Source of the DNA: Mycolicibacterium smegmatis
GTDB taxonomy: Bacteria > Actinomycetota > Actinomycetes > Mycobacteriales > Mycobacteriaceae
Assembly: GCF_001457595.1 (NCBI RefSeq)
Contig: NZ_LN831039.1
Location: forward strand, 3,480,001-3,512,000
Length of the DNA: 32,000 nt
Reading direction: 5' to 3'
Below are positions 16,758 to 25,010 of this stretch, piece by piece. Within the stretch, counting starts at the first letter, position 1, and each line of letters starts with the position of its first letter. Both the position numbers and the translations under genes were made by a program. The notes beneath the pieces are model-generated. The model saw only the letters and a program-made list of their open reading frames with translations. It ran no database searches and was not told the origin of the DNA.

Positions 16758-17351
16758 TTACCGTCTGGGCTCAGCGATGTTTGACAGTGACGTCGTCAGC
16801 ATGGAGATCGCCGTATCGAAGGGACTGATGCTGCGTAGCACTCGGCTCATGATGAGAGCCCCTTCCATGGTTGTCAGGATGTTGATGGCGATGGCGTCGG
16901 CGTCGGCGTCGGAATCGGGCACGGCCTTCTCCACGAGGCGTGCGGACAAGACCGCAATCACGTCGCGAAATCCACGTGAGATCACCGCCGTCAGCGGCTT
17001 TGACGCCGGTGTGGACTCGACGACGATGGGTGCCACCGCACACCCTTCCCGGTAATCGCTCGCCGCGATCTCGTCCCGGAAATAGGCGAGGAAATCTGCC
17101 ACGAACTCCCGTGCGGTATCCGTCCTGCCCGCAGTGCGATTGATGTGGGCGATGACGTCCGCGGTGTACCGCAGCACCACTTCGGTGGCCAATTCTTCCT
17201 TACCGCCGGGGAAATGGAAGTACAAAGAGCCTCTTGGTGCCTGACTCTCGGCGATCACATCGGACATCGCGGTGCCGGTGTACCCGTGCTCACGGAAGAG
17301 TCTGCGCGCAGCGGTGATCATTCGATCCTTGCTGTCGCTCCGTGTTGCCAT
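16758..17351 (-). CDS. TetR family transcriptional regulator
   Basis: HTH: DRMITAARRLFREHGYTGTAMSDVIAESQAPRGSLYFHFPGGKEEL. Start is ATG 17351, or 17360. Confidence 0.9.
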   Translation of the reverse strand: MATRSDSKDRMITAARRLFREHGYTGTAMSDVIAESQAPRGSLYFHFPGGKEELATEVVLRYTADVIAHINRTAGRTDTAREFVADFLAYFRDEIAASDYREGCAVAPIVVESTPASKPLTAVISRGFRDVIAVLSARLVEKAVPDSDADADAIAINILTTMEGALIMSRVLRSISPFDTAISMLTTSLSNIAEPRR

Positions 17352-17401
17352 ACCAACCATGGTACATAGCCAGGAACCCCGCCTGACTGGAAAATACCGG
17401 A

Positions 17402-17429
17402 AGTAACTATGGCGTGCAGCATAGTTACT
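17402..17429. promoter_or_regulatory. perfect 10-bp-arm inverted repeat, candidate TetR operator
   Basis: AGTAACTATG-N8-CATAGTTACT. It lies 42-51 bp upstream of the TetR start. Confidence 0.5.
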
Positions 17430-17519
17430 CAGCGTTGCTTCGGTGTACCACACATGAAGACGGACAAGCACATTACGGATGAGCTTGGCAGGCGGCAGAT
17501 CTCCACCGGCGCCGCAACG

Positions 17520-18185
17520 CTATGTCGCAACCTTCTCTATCGGTGCGCCGCAGCAAATCTCGGCATGTGAGCAGTGTTCCGCACATGAACACGCCACCTC
17601 GTAGACGAGAGTCGTATCACAGTGCGTGCACCGGTAGCGGTCTCCCGCTCGGCGCTGGTCATCGGCCCCGGGTTCCGGCAACCACGCGAGCCTTTGGCTG
17701 GGCAACGCCACCGGCATGACCAGCAGCGGTTGGGCACCGCGGAACGGTCTGAGGTAAGGCATCCCCGTGGTGGTGTCGTGTCCGATGCCCTTGGTCAGGT
17801 CACCGGCGCTGCCGGGGAACACCATCATCAAGTGCGGTCCCGCGCGGTACCAGTCTTTGCCTTCAGGCGGGACGGATGCCTCGGGATGCTCGAAGTCGGC
17901 TCCGGCTTCGCCCAACAGCATGTAGGAGATGCCAATTCGGTCGATGGTCGGCGTTTTGCCTGCGAACCAGTCGCGGAACCACTGCATTGTGGTCTGGTCG
18001 CCACACATCGGGGCCGGCCACGGGGTGTCGGGAGGGGTGGGCATGCACGTCCACTCCGGACTCCCTTCCCGCAGGACCGTCATGTCGTAGTCGATCACGG
18101 TGGCCGTCGCGGCAATGTGCGGAGGCGCCGCGCGCAGCGCATCGGCGATCTTTTCCTCGACACTCACTGGGTTCTGATGCGGCAT
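17520..18185 (-). CDS. hypothetical protein with a C-terminal desulforedoxin-like Cys cluster
   Basis: 221 aa with high GC3. The N-terminal ~180 aa belong to no family I recognise. The C-terminus is YRCTHCDTTLVYEVACSCAEHCSHAEICCGAPIEK, giving a CxxC...CC pattern. Confidence 0.75.
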   Translation of the reverse strand: MPHQNPVSVEEKIADALRAAPPHIAATATVIDYDMTVLREGSPEWTCMPTPPDTPWPAPMCGDQTTMQWFRDWFAGKTPTIDRIGISYMLLGEAGADFEHPEASVPPEGKDWYRAGPHLMMVFPGSAGDLTKGIGHDTTTGMPYLRPFRGAQPLLVMPVALPSQRLAWLPEPGADDQRRAGDRYRCTHCDTTLVYEVACSCAEHCSHAEICCGAPIEKVAT

Positions 18186-18429
18186 TGCGGTTTCCGTTCT
18201 TCTCGGTGATTTTCATGTGTTTCTGGACCGAGGTGAACGCCGCGGATCCCCGGAGATCATCATATGTAGTGGGCGGGCGCCCCGATATGTGGTCGAACTG
18301 ACGATGAGATCTGACGTCGGGGCGCGAGAGCACAGATCAACGACGCTCGGCCCACCGAGGCGGTAGCCGTTCACGATGCCGTGAGCAGCTACCGATCAGC
18401 GGATTCGGCGGCGCTGCAAGCCATCCGAT

Positions 18430-19221
18430 TCAGCGGCCGACAAACTGCGCCGGCCGGCGTGTGGCGAAAGACTCCAGGCCGATGCGCGAATCCTCGGTGC
18501 CGAAGAGTTTGACGATGGTGGGGACGAGTTCGGCTTCAGCGGCCGCCTCACCGTCCCGCTGGGCCAACCGGGCGCTGCGCAGAGTGGCCTGAACTCCCAG
18601 CGGCGCTTGCGCGGCGATCACGTGTGCGAGTTGAACCGCGCGTGCGATGTGCGCACCATCGTCCAAGACCTCTTGGACTACGCCGATGCGCAAGGCCTCC
18701 GCGCTGTCGAACTCCTCCGCCGTCAGCATCCAGCGCATCGCGTTCCCCCACCCGGCAACACGTGGGAAGCGCAGCGTGGCGCCCCCGAAGGGGTATATCC
18801 CCCTGGCGATCTCGAGTTGTGCGAATGTCGCACTCTTCGAGGCCACGACAATGTCCGAGGCCAGCAACAGTTCGATGCCCAGCGTGAGGCACTTGCCGTG
18901 CACCGCCGTGACGAGTGGTTTGGTCAACCGTCGACCATCCACCTGCCAGGGGTTGATTCCCCCTTCGGGGATCTGCAGCGAGCCGTCTTGCAGGCTGGGG
19001 GCGACGTCGGGGAGGTCGAGCCCGGAGGTGAAGCCCTTCCCTTCGCCGTAGAGGACCCCCACGCGTAGTTCGTCGTCGCTGTCGAGCTTGCCGAGCACCT
19101 CGGCCAACTCGCCGATCATCTCCCTGTTGAAGGCGTTCCGCTTGTCGGGCCTGTTGAGACCGATGACGAGGACAGCACCGTCACGCGTCACGGCCAGGGT
19201 TTCGTAGCGGTCGAAGCTCAT
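18430..19221 (-). CDS. enoyl-CoA hydratase/isomerase (crotonase) family protein
   Basis: ATG 19221 within ORF 18430..19344. Blocks: LNRPDKRNAF, YGEGKGFTSGLDL. Confidence 0.9.
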   Translation of the reverse strand: MSFDRYETLAVTRDGAVLVIGLNRPDKRNAFNREMIGELAEVLGKLDSDDELRVGVLYGEGKGFTSGLDLPDVAPSLQDGSLQIPEGGINPWQVDGRRLTKPLVTAVHGKCLTLGIELLLASDIVVASKSATFAQLEIARGIYPFGGATLRFPRVAGWGNAMRWMLTAEEFDSAEALRIGVVQEVLDDGAHIARAVQLAHVIAAQAPLGVQATLRSARLAQRDGEAAAEAELVPTIVKLFGTEDSRIGLESFATRRPAQFVGR

Positions 19222-19310
19222 GTGACGTACCCGCTTTCTGATGACGGGGCAGGAAATCAACAGGCGAACGGTCTCGGCGACGCGTTTCGGCCTTCGGTCG
19301 TCAGTGACGC

Positions 19311-19334
19311 GGTCTAGACTAAATCGTCTAGACC
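19311..19334. promoter_or_regulatory. perfect 9-bp-arm inverted repeat, candidate TetR operator
   Basis: GGTCTAGAC-TAAATC-GTCTAGACC. It lies ~90 bp from the hydratase start and ~88 bp from the TetR start. Confidence 0.55.
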
Positions 19335-19421
19335 AAACCGTCAACAGTGTGCTGTGGAACGCTCTTTACGCCGGTCGCCCTATACTCGGGAGCCGCATGG
19401 GAACGCGTTGAAAGGCGGGAT

Positions 19422-20024
19422 ATGGCCGGTTCGCAGAAGCCTGCACTCCCCCACAAGGAGGCTCTGCTACGCAGTGGAACCAAGTTGTTCTACGACAACG
19501 GGTTTCACGGCACCACCGTCGACGCAGTGCTCGCCGACGCCGGAGTACCGAAAGGTTCCTTCTATCATCACTTCGGTTCCAAGGACGTGTTCGGCCAAGC
19601 CGTGCTCGACCGCTACATGGAGTTTCAACGCAGTCTGTTGGACAAGTGGTCGTCGAAAAAGAACCTTTCGACGCCCGACAGGCTCGCGGGCTACGCGAAG
19701 GACATGGCCCACATGTTCGTCAAATCCGGATACCAACGCGGATGCCTGGCAGGTAAATTCTCGACGGAGGTCGCGGCTTCGTCCGAGGTGTTCCGCGAAC
19801 AACTGAGCTTCCACATCGAAGCGTGGACCACCCAGGTCGCGGCGTTGCTCGCGTCCGGCCAGGAACAGGGTGACGTCCGATCCGACCGATCGGCACAAGA
19901 GATCGCCGAGGCGGTGCTGTCGCTCATCCAAGGAACTTTTGTATTGGCGCTTTCTACTCGAGACAAACACACACTCGCGACGCTCGTGACCACTCTGCGA
20001 CTGCTCGTCGAACCACCGGAGTGA
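19422..20024 (+). CDS. TetR family transcriptional regulator
   Basis: HTH: EALLRSGTKLFYDNGFHGTTVDAVLADAGVPKGSFYHHFGSKDVF. ATG at 19422. Confidence 0.9.
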   Translation: MAGSQKPALPHKEALLRSGTKLFYDNGFHGTTVDAVLADAGVPKGSFYHHFGSKDVFGQAVLDRYMEFQRSLLDKWSSKKNLSTPDRLAGYAKDMAHMFVKSGYQRGCLAGKFSTEVAASSEVFREQLSFHIEAWTTQVAALLASGQEQGDVRSDRSAQEIAEAVLSLIQGTFVLALSTRDKHTLATLVTTLRLLVEPPE

Positions 20025-20027
20025 TCG

Positions 20028-20654
20028 GTGATCTCGCAGATGCTCCCGACTGTTGTCACCTATGCGGTGCTGACGGCCAGCCCGGGCCCTGGCAACATGG
20101 CGATCGGAGCCGTTGCCGCGCGGCATGGTCGCCGTCCTGGACTCACCTATGCGGCCGGTCTCCTCGCAGGCGGTTTCGTATGGGCAGTCCTGGCCGCCAC
20201 GGGGGTCTCCACCCTGCTGGTCGCAGCGACGGGGCTGCTCACCGCGTTGAAGATTCTCTGTGCAGCCGTGTTGTTCTGGCTTGCCTGGAAATCGATGCGC
20301 ACCGCATTCCGTGGCAACCACCTCACCGAGGCGCCGGATAGGGACGATGCACCGAACTGGCTGGTTCTTGCACGGCGCGGATTCCTCATGCAGGTCAGCA
20401 ACCCCAAGGCAGTCATCACCTGGACTGCCGTGATGGCGGTCGGACTACACGCTGGTTCCAGGCCCGCAGTTCTATTCGTGACCATCGGCATCTGTGAGAT
20501 CTTGGGTATGACGATCTTTGCCGCCTACGCTCTGATGTTCTCCGTCGGTGTCGTGGCGCGCGGTTACCGACGTGCCTACAGATGGGTCGAAGGCGCACTC
20601 GGGATCGTCTTCACCGCGGCCGGCATACGCCTGCTCACGGCGAGCCGGTTGTAG
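20028..20654 (+). CDS. LysE/RhtB family amino-acid (or metabolite) exporter
   Basis: 208 aa with about six TM helices. The N-terminal SPGPGN motif is typical of LysE/RhtB. It starts 3 nt after the TetR stop (GTG 20028 or ATG 20040). Confidence 0.85.
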   Translation: MISQMLPTVVTYAVLTASPGPGNMAIGAVAARHGRRPGLTYAAGLLAGGFVWAVLAATGVSTLLVAATGLLTALKILCAAVLFWLAWKSMRTAFRGNHLTEAPDRDDAPNWLVLARRGFLMQVSNPKAVITWTAVMAVGLHAGSRPAVLFVTIGICEILGMTIFAAYALMFSVGVVARGYRRAYRWVEGALGIVFTAAGIRLLTASRL

Positions 20655-20778
20655 CGGCTCGACGACGCTACCGAAACCCGCTAGCTCGTCGGCGCGATCC
20701 GGCAAAGGTCCGTCGATGGCCAAGAACGTGGGATACGTGTCGTTGACGACATCGCCTGCGCGGTTGAAGCTGGATGAC

Positions 20779-21740
20779 ATGAAGGCAGTAGCAGTCGTCG
20801 GGTTCTCCGGCGTCTAGGCCTTGGACGTCGTCGGCCCCTTCGAAACCTTCACCTGCGCTTCGCGGTTCGTCGACGACGAGACGTGGCAACTCGAAGGTTA
20901 CGAGGTCATGCTCGCCTCGGTCGACGGTCAACCGGTGCCGGCGAGCACCGGGTTGGGGCTGATGGCGTGCCCACTGCCCGATCCCGAGCAGGTGGACACA
21001 GTGGTGATCCCCGGAGGCGCCGGAGTGCGGCAGGCCGCCGCGGATCCGGCCCTGATGGCGTGGTTTCGCGAGGCCGCGGAACACGCACGCCGGATTGTCA
21101 GCGTCTGCACAGGGGCGTTCCTCGTCGCGGAGGCCGGTCTGCTCAACGGCTGCCAGGCGACCACCCACTGGGCGTTCGCCGACGAACTGGCGCAACGCTA
21201 TCCAGAGGTCAGGGTTGATCCGAATCCGATGTTTGTCCGGAGTTCGCGGCAGGTGTGGACCGCCGCCGGGGTGAGCGCAGGCATCGACGTTGCCTTGGCT
21301 CTCGTCGAGGACGACCACAGCACCGAAGTTGCGAAAGCGGTTGCTCGCTGGTTGGTTCTGAGTCTTCGCCGACCCGGTGGCCAAGCTCAATTCGCCGCGC
21401 CGATCTGGACCCCCGCGCTCGGCGAGACGAGATCCGACTCGTGCAAGAGGTTATCGAGGCGAACCCGGCGGCTCCCCACACCATCGAAACCCTCGCCACG
21501 AGTGCGGCCATGATTACCCGTCACTTCACTCGGGTGTTCACCAGTGAGATCGGCGAGGGGCCCGGTGCATACGTCGACCGGGTACGCACACAGGCGGCAC
21601 GCCGTCAGCTCGAGGAGACCACCGACACGGTCGCAGCCATCGCTGCGCGTTGCGGTTTCGGCACGCCCGAGACCATGCGCAGAAACTTCATCCGGCTCCT
21701 CGGCATATCGCCGGACGCGTATCGCAAGGCCTTCACCTGA
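20779..21740 (+). pseudogene. GlxA-family (DJ-1/PfpI domain + AraC HTH) regulator, disrupted by a nonsense codon and a frameshift
   Basis: The ATG at 20779 opens MKAVAVVGFSGV-TAG(20815-20817)-ALDVVGPFETF. The DJ-1-like domain (SVCTGAFLVAEAGLL) runs in frame 1 up to ...QFAAPIWTP. The AraC HTH (MITRHFTRVF...CGFGTPETMRRNF) continues in another frame. Adding one C to the C5 run at 21410-21414 restores WTPRARRDEIRLVQ. Confidence 0.7.
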
Positions 21741-21778
21741 TCGTGTCGCCGTACGCAAACATCCAGAAAGGCACCACC

Positions 21779-22474
21779 ATGGCTGCGCACAACGCGCCCA
21801 CCCGCATCGCGATGCTGATCTACCCCCGGTTCACCACTTTGGATCTCATCGGCCCGCAACAGGTGCTTTCGGTGCTCCCGAACACCGTCGTCCACCTTGT
21901 CGCCAAGACCAGAGACCCCGTGACAACGGACTCGCATGTGACGATCGTGCCGGATCGCGATTTCGCCGACTGCGAGCGGGAGTACGACGTGGTGTTCATC
22001 CCCGGCGGGCACGGCACCAGCGTCATGGTTCAAGACGACGAAACACTGGACTTTGTGCGGACGGTCGCCGGCAAGGCCAGATACCTCTCGAGTGTGTGCA
22101 CCGGATCGCTGATCCTCGCCGCCGCCGGGTTGCTCGAGGGTTACCGCGCAGCCTCGCACTGGGCCTTTCGAGAGTTCCTCTCCGCCTACGGCGCAATTCC
22201 CGACGATCGACGCGTCGTGATGGACCGCAACCGCATGACCGGCGGCGGGGTGACGGCTGGCCTCGACTTCGCGCTGCAGCTCGCCGCGGTGCTGACCGAT
22301 GAAACATTCGCGAGGACACTGCAACTCGTCTTGGAATACGACCCGGCACCACCCTTCGATTGCGGTACGCCGGAGCGTGCCGACCAGGCCACCGTCGACG
22401 CCGCCGTGACTCGGCTGGCAGGAGGCGTCAGCGCCATGCGGCGGGTCGCCGCCGAGCACGCAGCGATGCGCTGA
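21779..22474 (+). CDS. DJ-1/PfpI family protein
   Basis: ATG 21779 within ORF 21650..22474. Nucleophile-elbow motif: SVCTGSLILAAAGLL. Also RIAMLIYPRFTTLDLIGP. Confidence 0.85.
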   Translation: MAAHNAPTRIAMLIYPRFTTLDLIGPQQVLSVLPNTVVHLVAKTRDPVTTDSHVTIVPDRDFADCEREYDVVFIPGGHGTSVMVQDDETLDFVRTVAGKARYLSSVCTGSLILAAAGLLEGYRAASHWAFREFLSAYGAIPDDRRVVMDRNRMTGGGVTAGLDFALQLAAVLTDETFARTLQLVLEYDPAPPFDCGTPERADQATVDAAVTRLAGGVSAMRRVAAEHAAMR

Positions 22475-22511
22475 TCCGCTCTCGCCCCTCGACACCAGAG
22501 ATGGAGAAGTT

Positions 22512-23264
22512 GTGTCCCACAAGAGACTCGCCGGGAAGACCGCTCTCATCACCGGCGGAACCAGCGGCATCGGTTTGGCCACCGCACGGCTTTTCGCCGC
22601 GGAAGGCGCCAAGGTGGCCGTCATCGGCCGGGACGCCGATCGGGTGCAGGCCACGCAGGATGAACTGGGCGACGGATCGCTGGCTCTGCGGGCCGACACG
22701 ACCTCACCCGACGACATGACGGCCGTGGCGGGGCGTATCCAGGATGCGTTCGGCGGGCTCGACGTGTTCTTCGCCAACGCCGGGATCGCATATCCCACAC
22801 CGTTGTTGGAAACCGACGAGCAACGCTACGACGAAATCATGGACATCAACATCAAGGGGGTGTTCTTCTCGATGCAGGCAGTCGCCCCGATCCTCCGCGA
22901 TGGTGCCTCGGTCATCCTGAACACCTCGTTCCTCAATCAGGTCGGCAGGCCGGGCCTGTCGCTGTTGTCGGCATCCAAGGCCGCTGTGCGCTCGTTCGCC
23001 CGCACGTGGTCGGCCGAGCTTCTCGACCGCGGGATCCGGGTCAACGCCATATCGCCCGGCGCAATCGACACCCCGCTGCAGCGCCGGGGCCGCACGCCCG
23101 AAGAAGCGCAGGCGGTCCTGGCCGCTCTCGTGGCCCGCACGCCCGCAGGTCGCGCGGGTGCTGCCGACGACATCGCGCAGGCGGCCTTGTACCTGGCGGG
23201 AGATGAGTCGACCTTCATACTCGGTGCCGAACTCGTGGTTGACGGCGGCATCTCGCAGTTGTGA
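22512..23264 (+). CDS. SDR family protein (classical type) lacking the catalytic Tyr
   Basis: GTG start after GGAGAAG. TGGTSGIG cofactor motif and NAG are present. The expected YxxxK reads LSASK (codon TTG). Confidence 0.9.
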   Translation: MSHKRLAGKTALITGGTSGIGLATARLFAAEGAKVAVIGRDADRVQATQDELGDGSLALRADTTSPDDMTAVAGRIQDAFGGLDVFFANAGIAYPTPLLETDEQRYDEIMDINIKGVFFSMQAVAPILRDGASVILNTSFLNQVGRPGLSLLSASKAAVRSFARTWSAELLDRGIRVNAISPGAIDTPLQRRGRTPEEAQAVLAALVARTPAGRAGAADDIAQAALYLAGDESTFILGAELVVDGGISQL

Positions 23265-23428
23265 CCGAATTGCCCTCTGGCGACGGGCACCTGAAGGGAA
23301 GTTCAGGCGGACGTTGATGTCCCGGTTTTCGGGACGGCGGGGTTACGTGGGTCACATCTCAGACCGCAACATGGCCTACGTCGCCGCCCGGCATTCCGCT
23401 CGTTCGGGTCCGTCCGCAAAGGAACTCG

Positions 23429-24667
23429 ATGCTTCTTCACACGGCCCGCTCCACACGAGACGCGGCGAGTGAAACCCGGTCCTATCCAGCCGTGATCGCC
23501 CTGTGCATGGTGATCACGGTCATCGAGGGATTCAACCTGATCGTGTACGGGTCGGTGGTGCCGATGCTGCTGGCGGACGCGTCCCTCGGGGTCACCGATG
23601 AGCAAACTGGCCTCATCGGAGGGCTGGTGTATATCGGCGCCATCATCGGGTCGGTGGCCGCGCCCACGCTGGCGGATCGAATCGGCCGTAAGCGAGTACT
23701 TGTTGTGGCGATCTCCGTGTTCGCCGCAGGCGCGATCCTCACGGGGTGCTCGGTCAGCGCCCTCATGCTGGCTCTCGCGCGCACAGTCACAGGTCTGGGA
23801 ATCGGTGCGTCGCTGACGACGGCGATGACCGTCGCGAGGAACAGCGCGGCAGCCGCCCGCGCGTCGCTCGCGATGACCGTCACGATGGCCGGCATTCCGC
23901 TCGGCGGGGTGATGGCGGCACTGCTGGCTGTTCCGATCCTGCCCGCGTTCGGATGGCGTCCCATGTTCTTCGTCGGAGCCGGTACCGGACTGATCATCTT
24001 GGTGACCGTCGTATTCATGGCGATCCCGACCGACACCCCGCAGGAACTGGCCGGCCGGTTGTGCTCGACCCGCGAGAAACTCGCGATCCTGTTCACCGGT
24101 CGAGGGCTTGTCGTGACGGCAATCGTGGCGGGCTGCGCGATCGCGAACATGGTGTCCTGGCAGGGCCTCAACGTGTGGGCGGCGCAAGCCATGGTGGATC
24201 TGGGCTTCACGCTGCGAACGGCGCTGCTGATGACCTTCGTGCTGACCGCCTCCGCGGTCGCAGGATCGTTCCTCACCGCCTGGGCAGCTGATCGCCGAGG
24301 GCCGGCGGTTGTCGGGATAGCCACTGCGGGAAGCACATTCGTAGGTCTGGCCGGGCTGCTCACGCTCCCGGCGTCGCTGGTCACGGTCGTCGGATGCGTG
24401 GCACTGATGGGAATCGGCGGCCACTCCACGATGAATCTCATCCACGCGACCACCGCGGATATCTACCCGTTGCCGGCCCGTGCATCGGCACTGGGTTGGT
24501 CCAACGGCACATCGTTTGTCGGTTCTTTCACCGGGCCGGTGGTGGGTGGCACCGCCATCGCCACTGGCGGTGCGCATGGCCTGTTCGAGGTCTTCGGCGC
24601 GGCGGCCGCGGTGTGCTTCCTGTCGGTGAGTGCGCTGTACGTGGCGGACCGCCGAGGACGCCGATAA
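23429..24667 (+). CDS. MFS transporter
   Basis: 412 aa with about 12 TM helices. MFS loop motif: LADRIGRKRVL. Confidence 0.9.
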   Translation: MLLHTARSTRDAASETRSYPAVIALCMVITVIEGFNLIVYGSVVPMLLADASLGVTDEQTGLIGGLVYIGAIIGSVAAPTLADRIGRKRVLVVAISVFAAGAILTGCSVSALMLALARTVTGLGIGASLTTAMTVARNSAAAARASLAMTVTMAGIPLGGVMAALLAVPILPAFGWRPMFFVGAGTGLIILVTVVFMAIPTDTPQELAGRLCSTREKLAILFTGRGLVVTAIVAGCAIANMVSWQGLNVWAAQAMVDLGFTLRTALLMTFVLTASAVAGSFLTAWAADRRGPAVVGIATAGSTFVGLAGLLTLPASLVTVVGCVALMGIGGHSTMNLIHATTADIYPLPARASALGWSNGTSFVGSFTGPVVGGTAIATGGAHGLFEVFGAAAAVCFLSVSALYVADRRGRR

Positions 24668-24771
24668 CCCACGGCAGGGACGGATCAATCGGCGAACTCG
24701 GAGACCGTCGCGATCGCTTTCCGCTGACGCCCACGACTTTCCCGTCACGCCCTGCGCCGTAGGCTCACGGC

Positions 24772-24981
24772 ATGCACATCGTGACGGTGGCCAGCGCCGC
24801 GACCACGGCGACGCTGACGATGGGTCTGGCGGCATATGCAGCATTGATCCTCATCAGCATCGCCGTGGCGATCGGTGCCGCCCGCCGGCACCAGCGAGGC
24901 CGGGCGATCGCCGCCGCGGTGACAGTTGGACTGCTCACCTTGGGCGGGCTGGTCATTGCGATTCTCAGCAGCATCGCGTGA
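24772..24981 (+). CDS. small two-helix membrane protein (69 aa), hypothetical
   Basis: Two hydrophobic helices are separated by the basic loop ARRHQRGR. Third-position GC is high. The SD is weak. Confidence 0.4.
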   Translation: MHIVTVASAATTATLTMGLAAYAALILISIAVAIGAARRHQRGRAIAAAVTVGLLTLGGLVIAILSSIA

Positions 24982-25010
24982 ACCCTTGCACCGGCAGGAG
25001 GGGCGCTTCC

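Noticed and set aside
20548-20817. 89-aa plus-strand ORF ending in MKAVAVVGFSGV*.
   Set aside because: Only its last 12 codons are meaningful, because they are the true N-terminus of the disrupted GlxA gene. The upstream part overlaps the 3' end of the LysE gene out of frame.
21605-22798. 397-aa minus-strand ORF. Similar long shadow ORFs occur at 5729-6679(-), 7704-8774(-), 7244-8563(+), 24745-25812(-), 26190-27554(+) and 29028-29822(-).
   Set aside because: All of these overlap, out of frame or antisense, genes that have clear family signatures. They are expected artefacts of high GC content.
23303-24844. 513-aa minus-strand ORF.
   Set aside because: It lies antisense to a well-formed 12-TM MFS gene. 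Its composition (R, G, D, H runs) is not protein-like.
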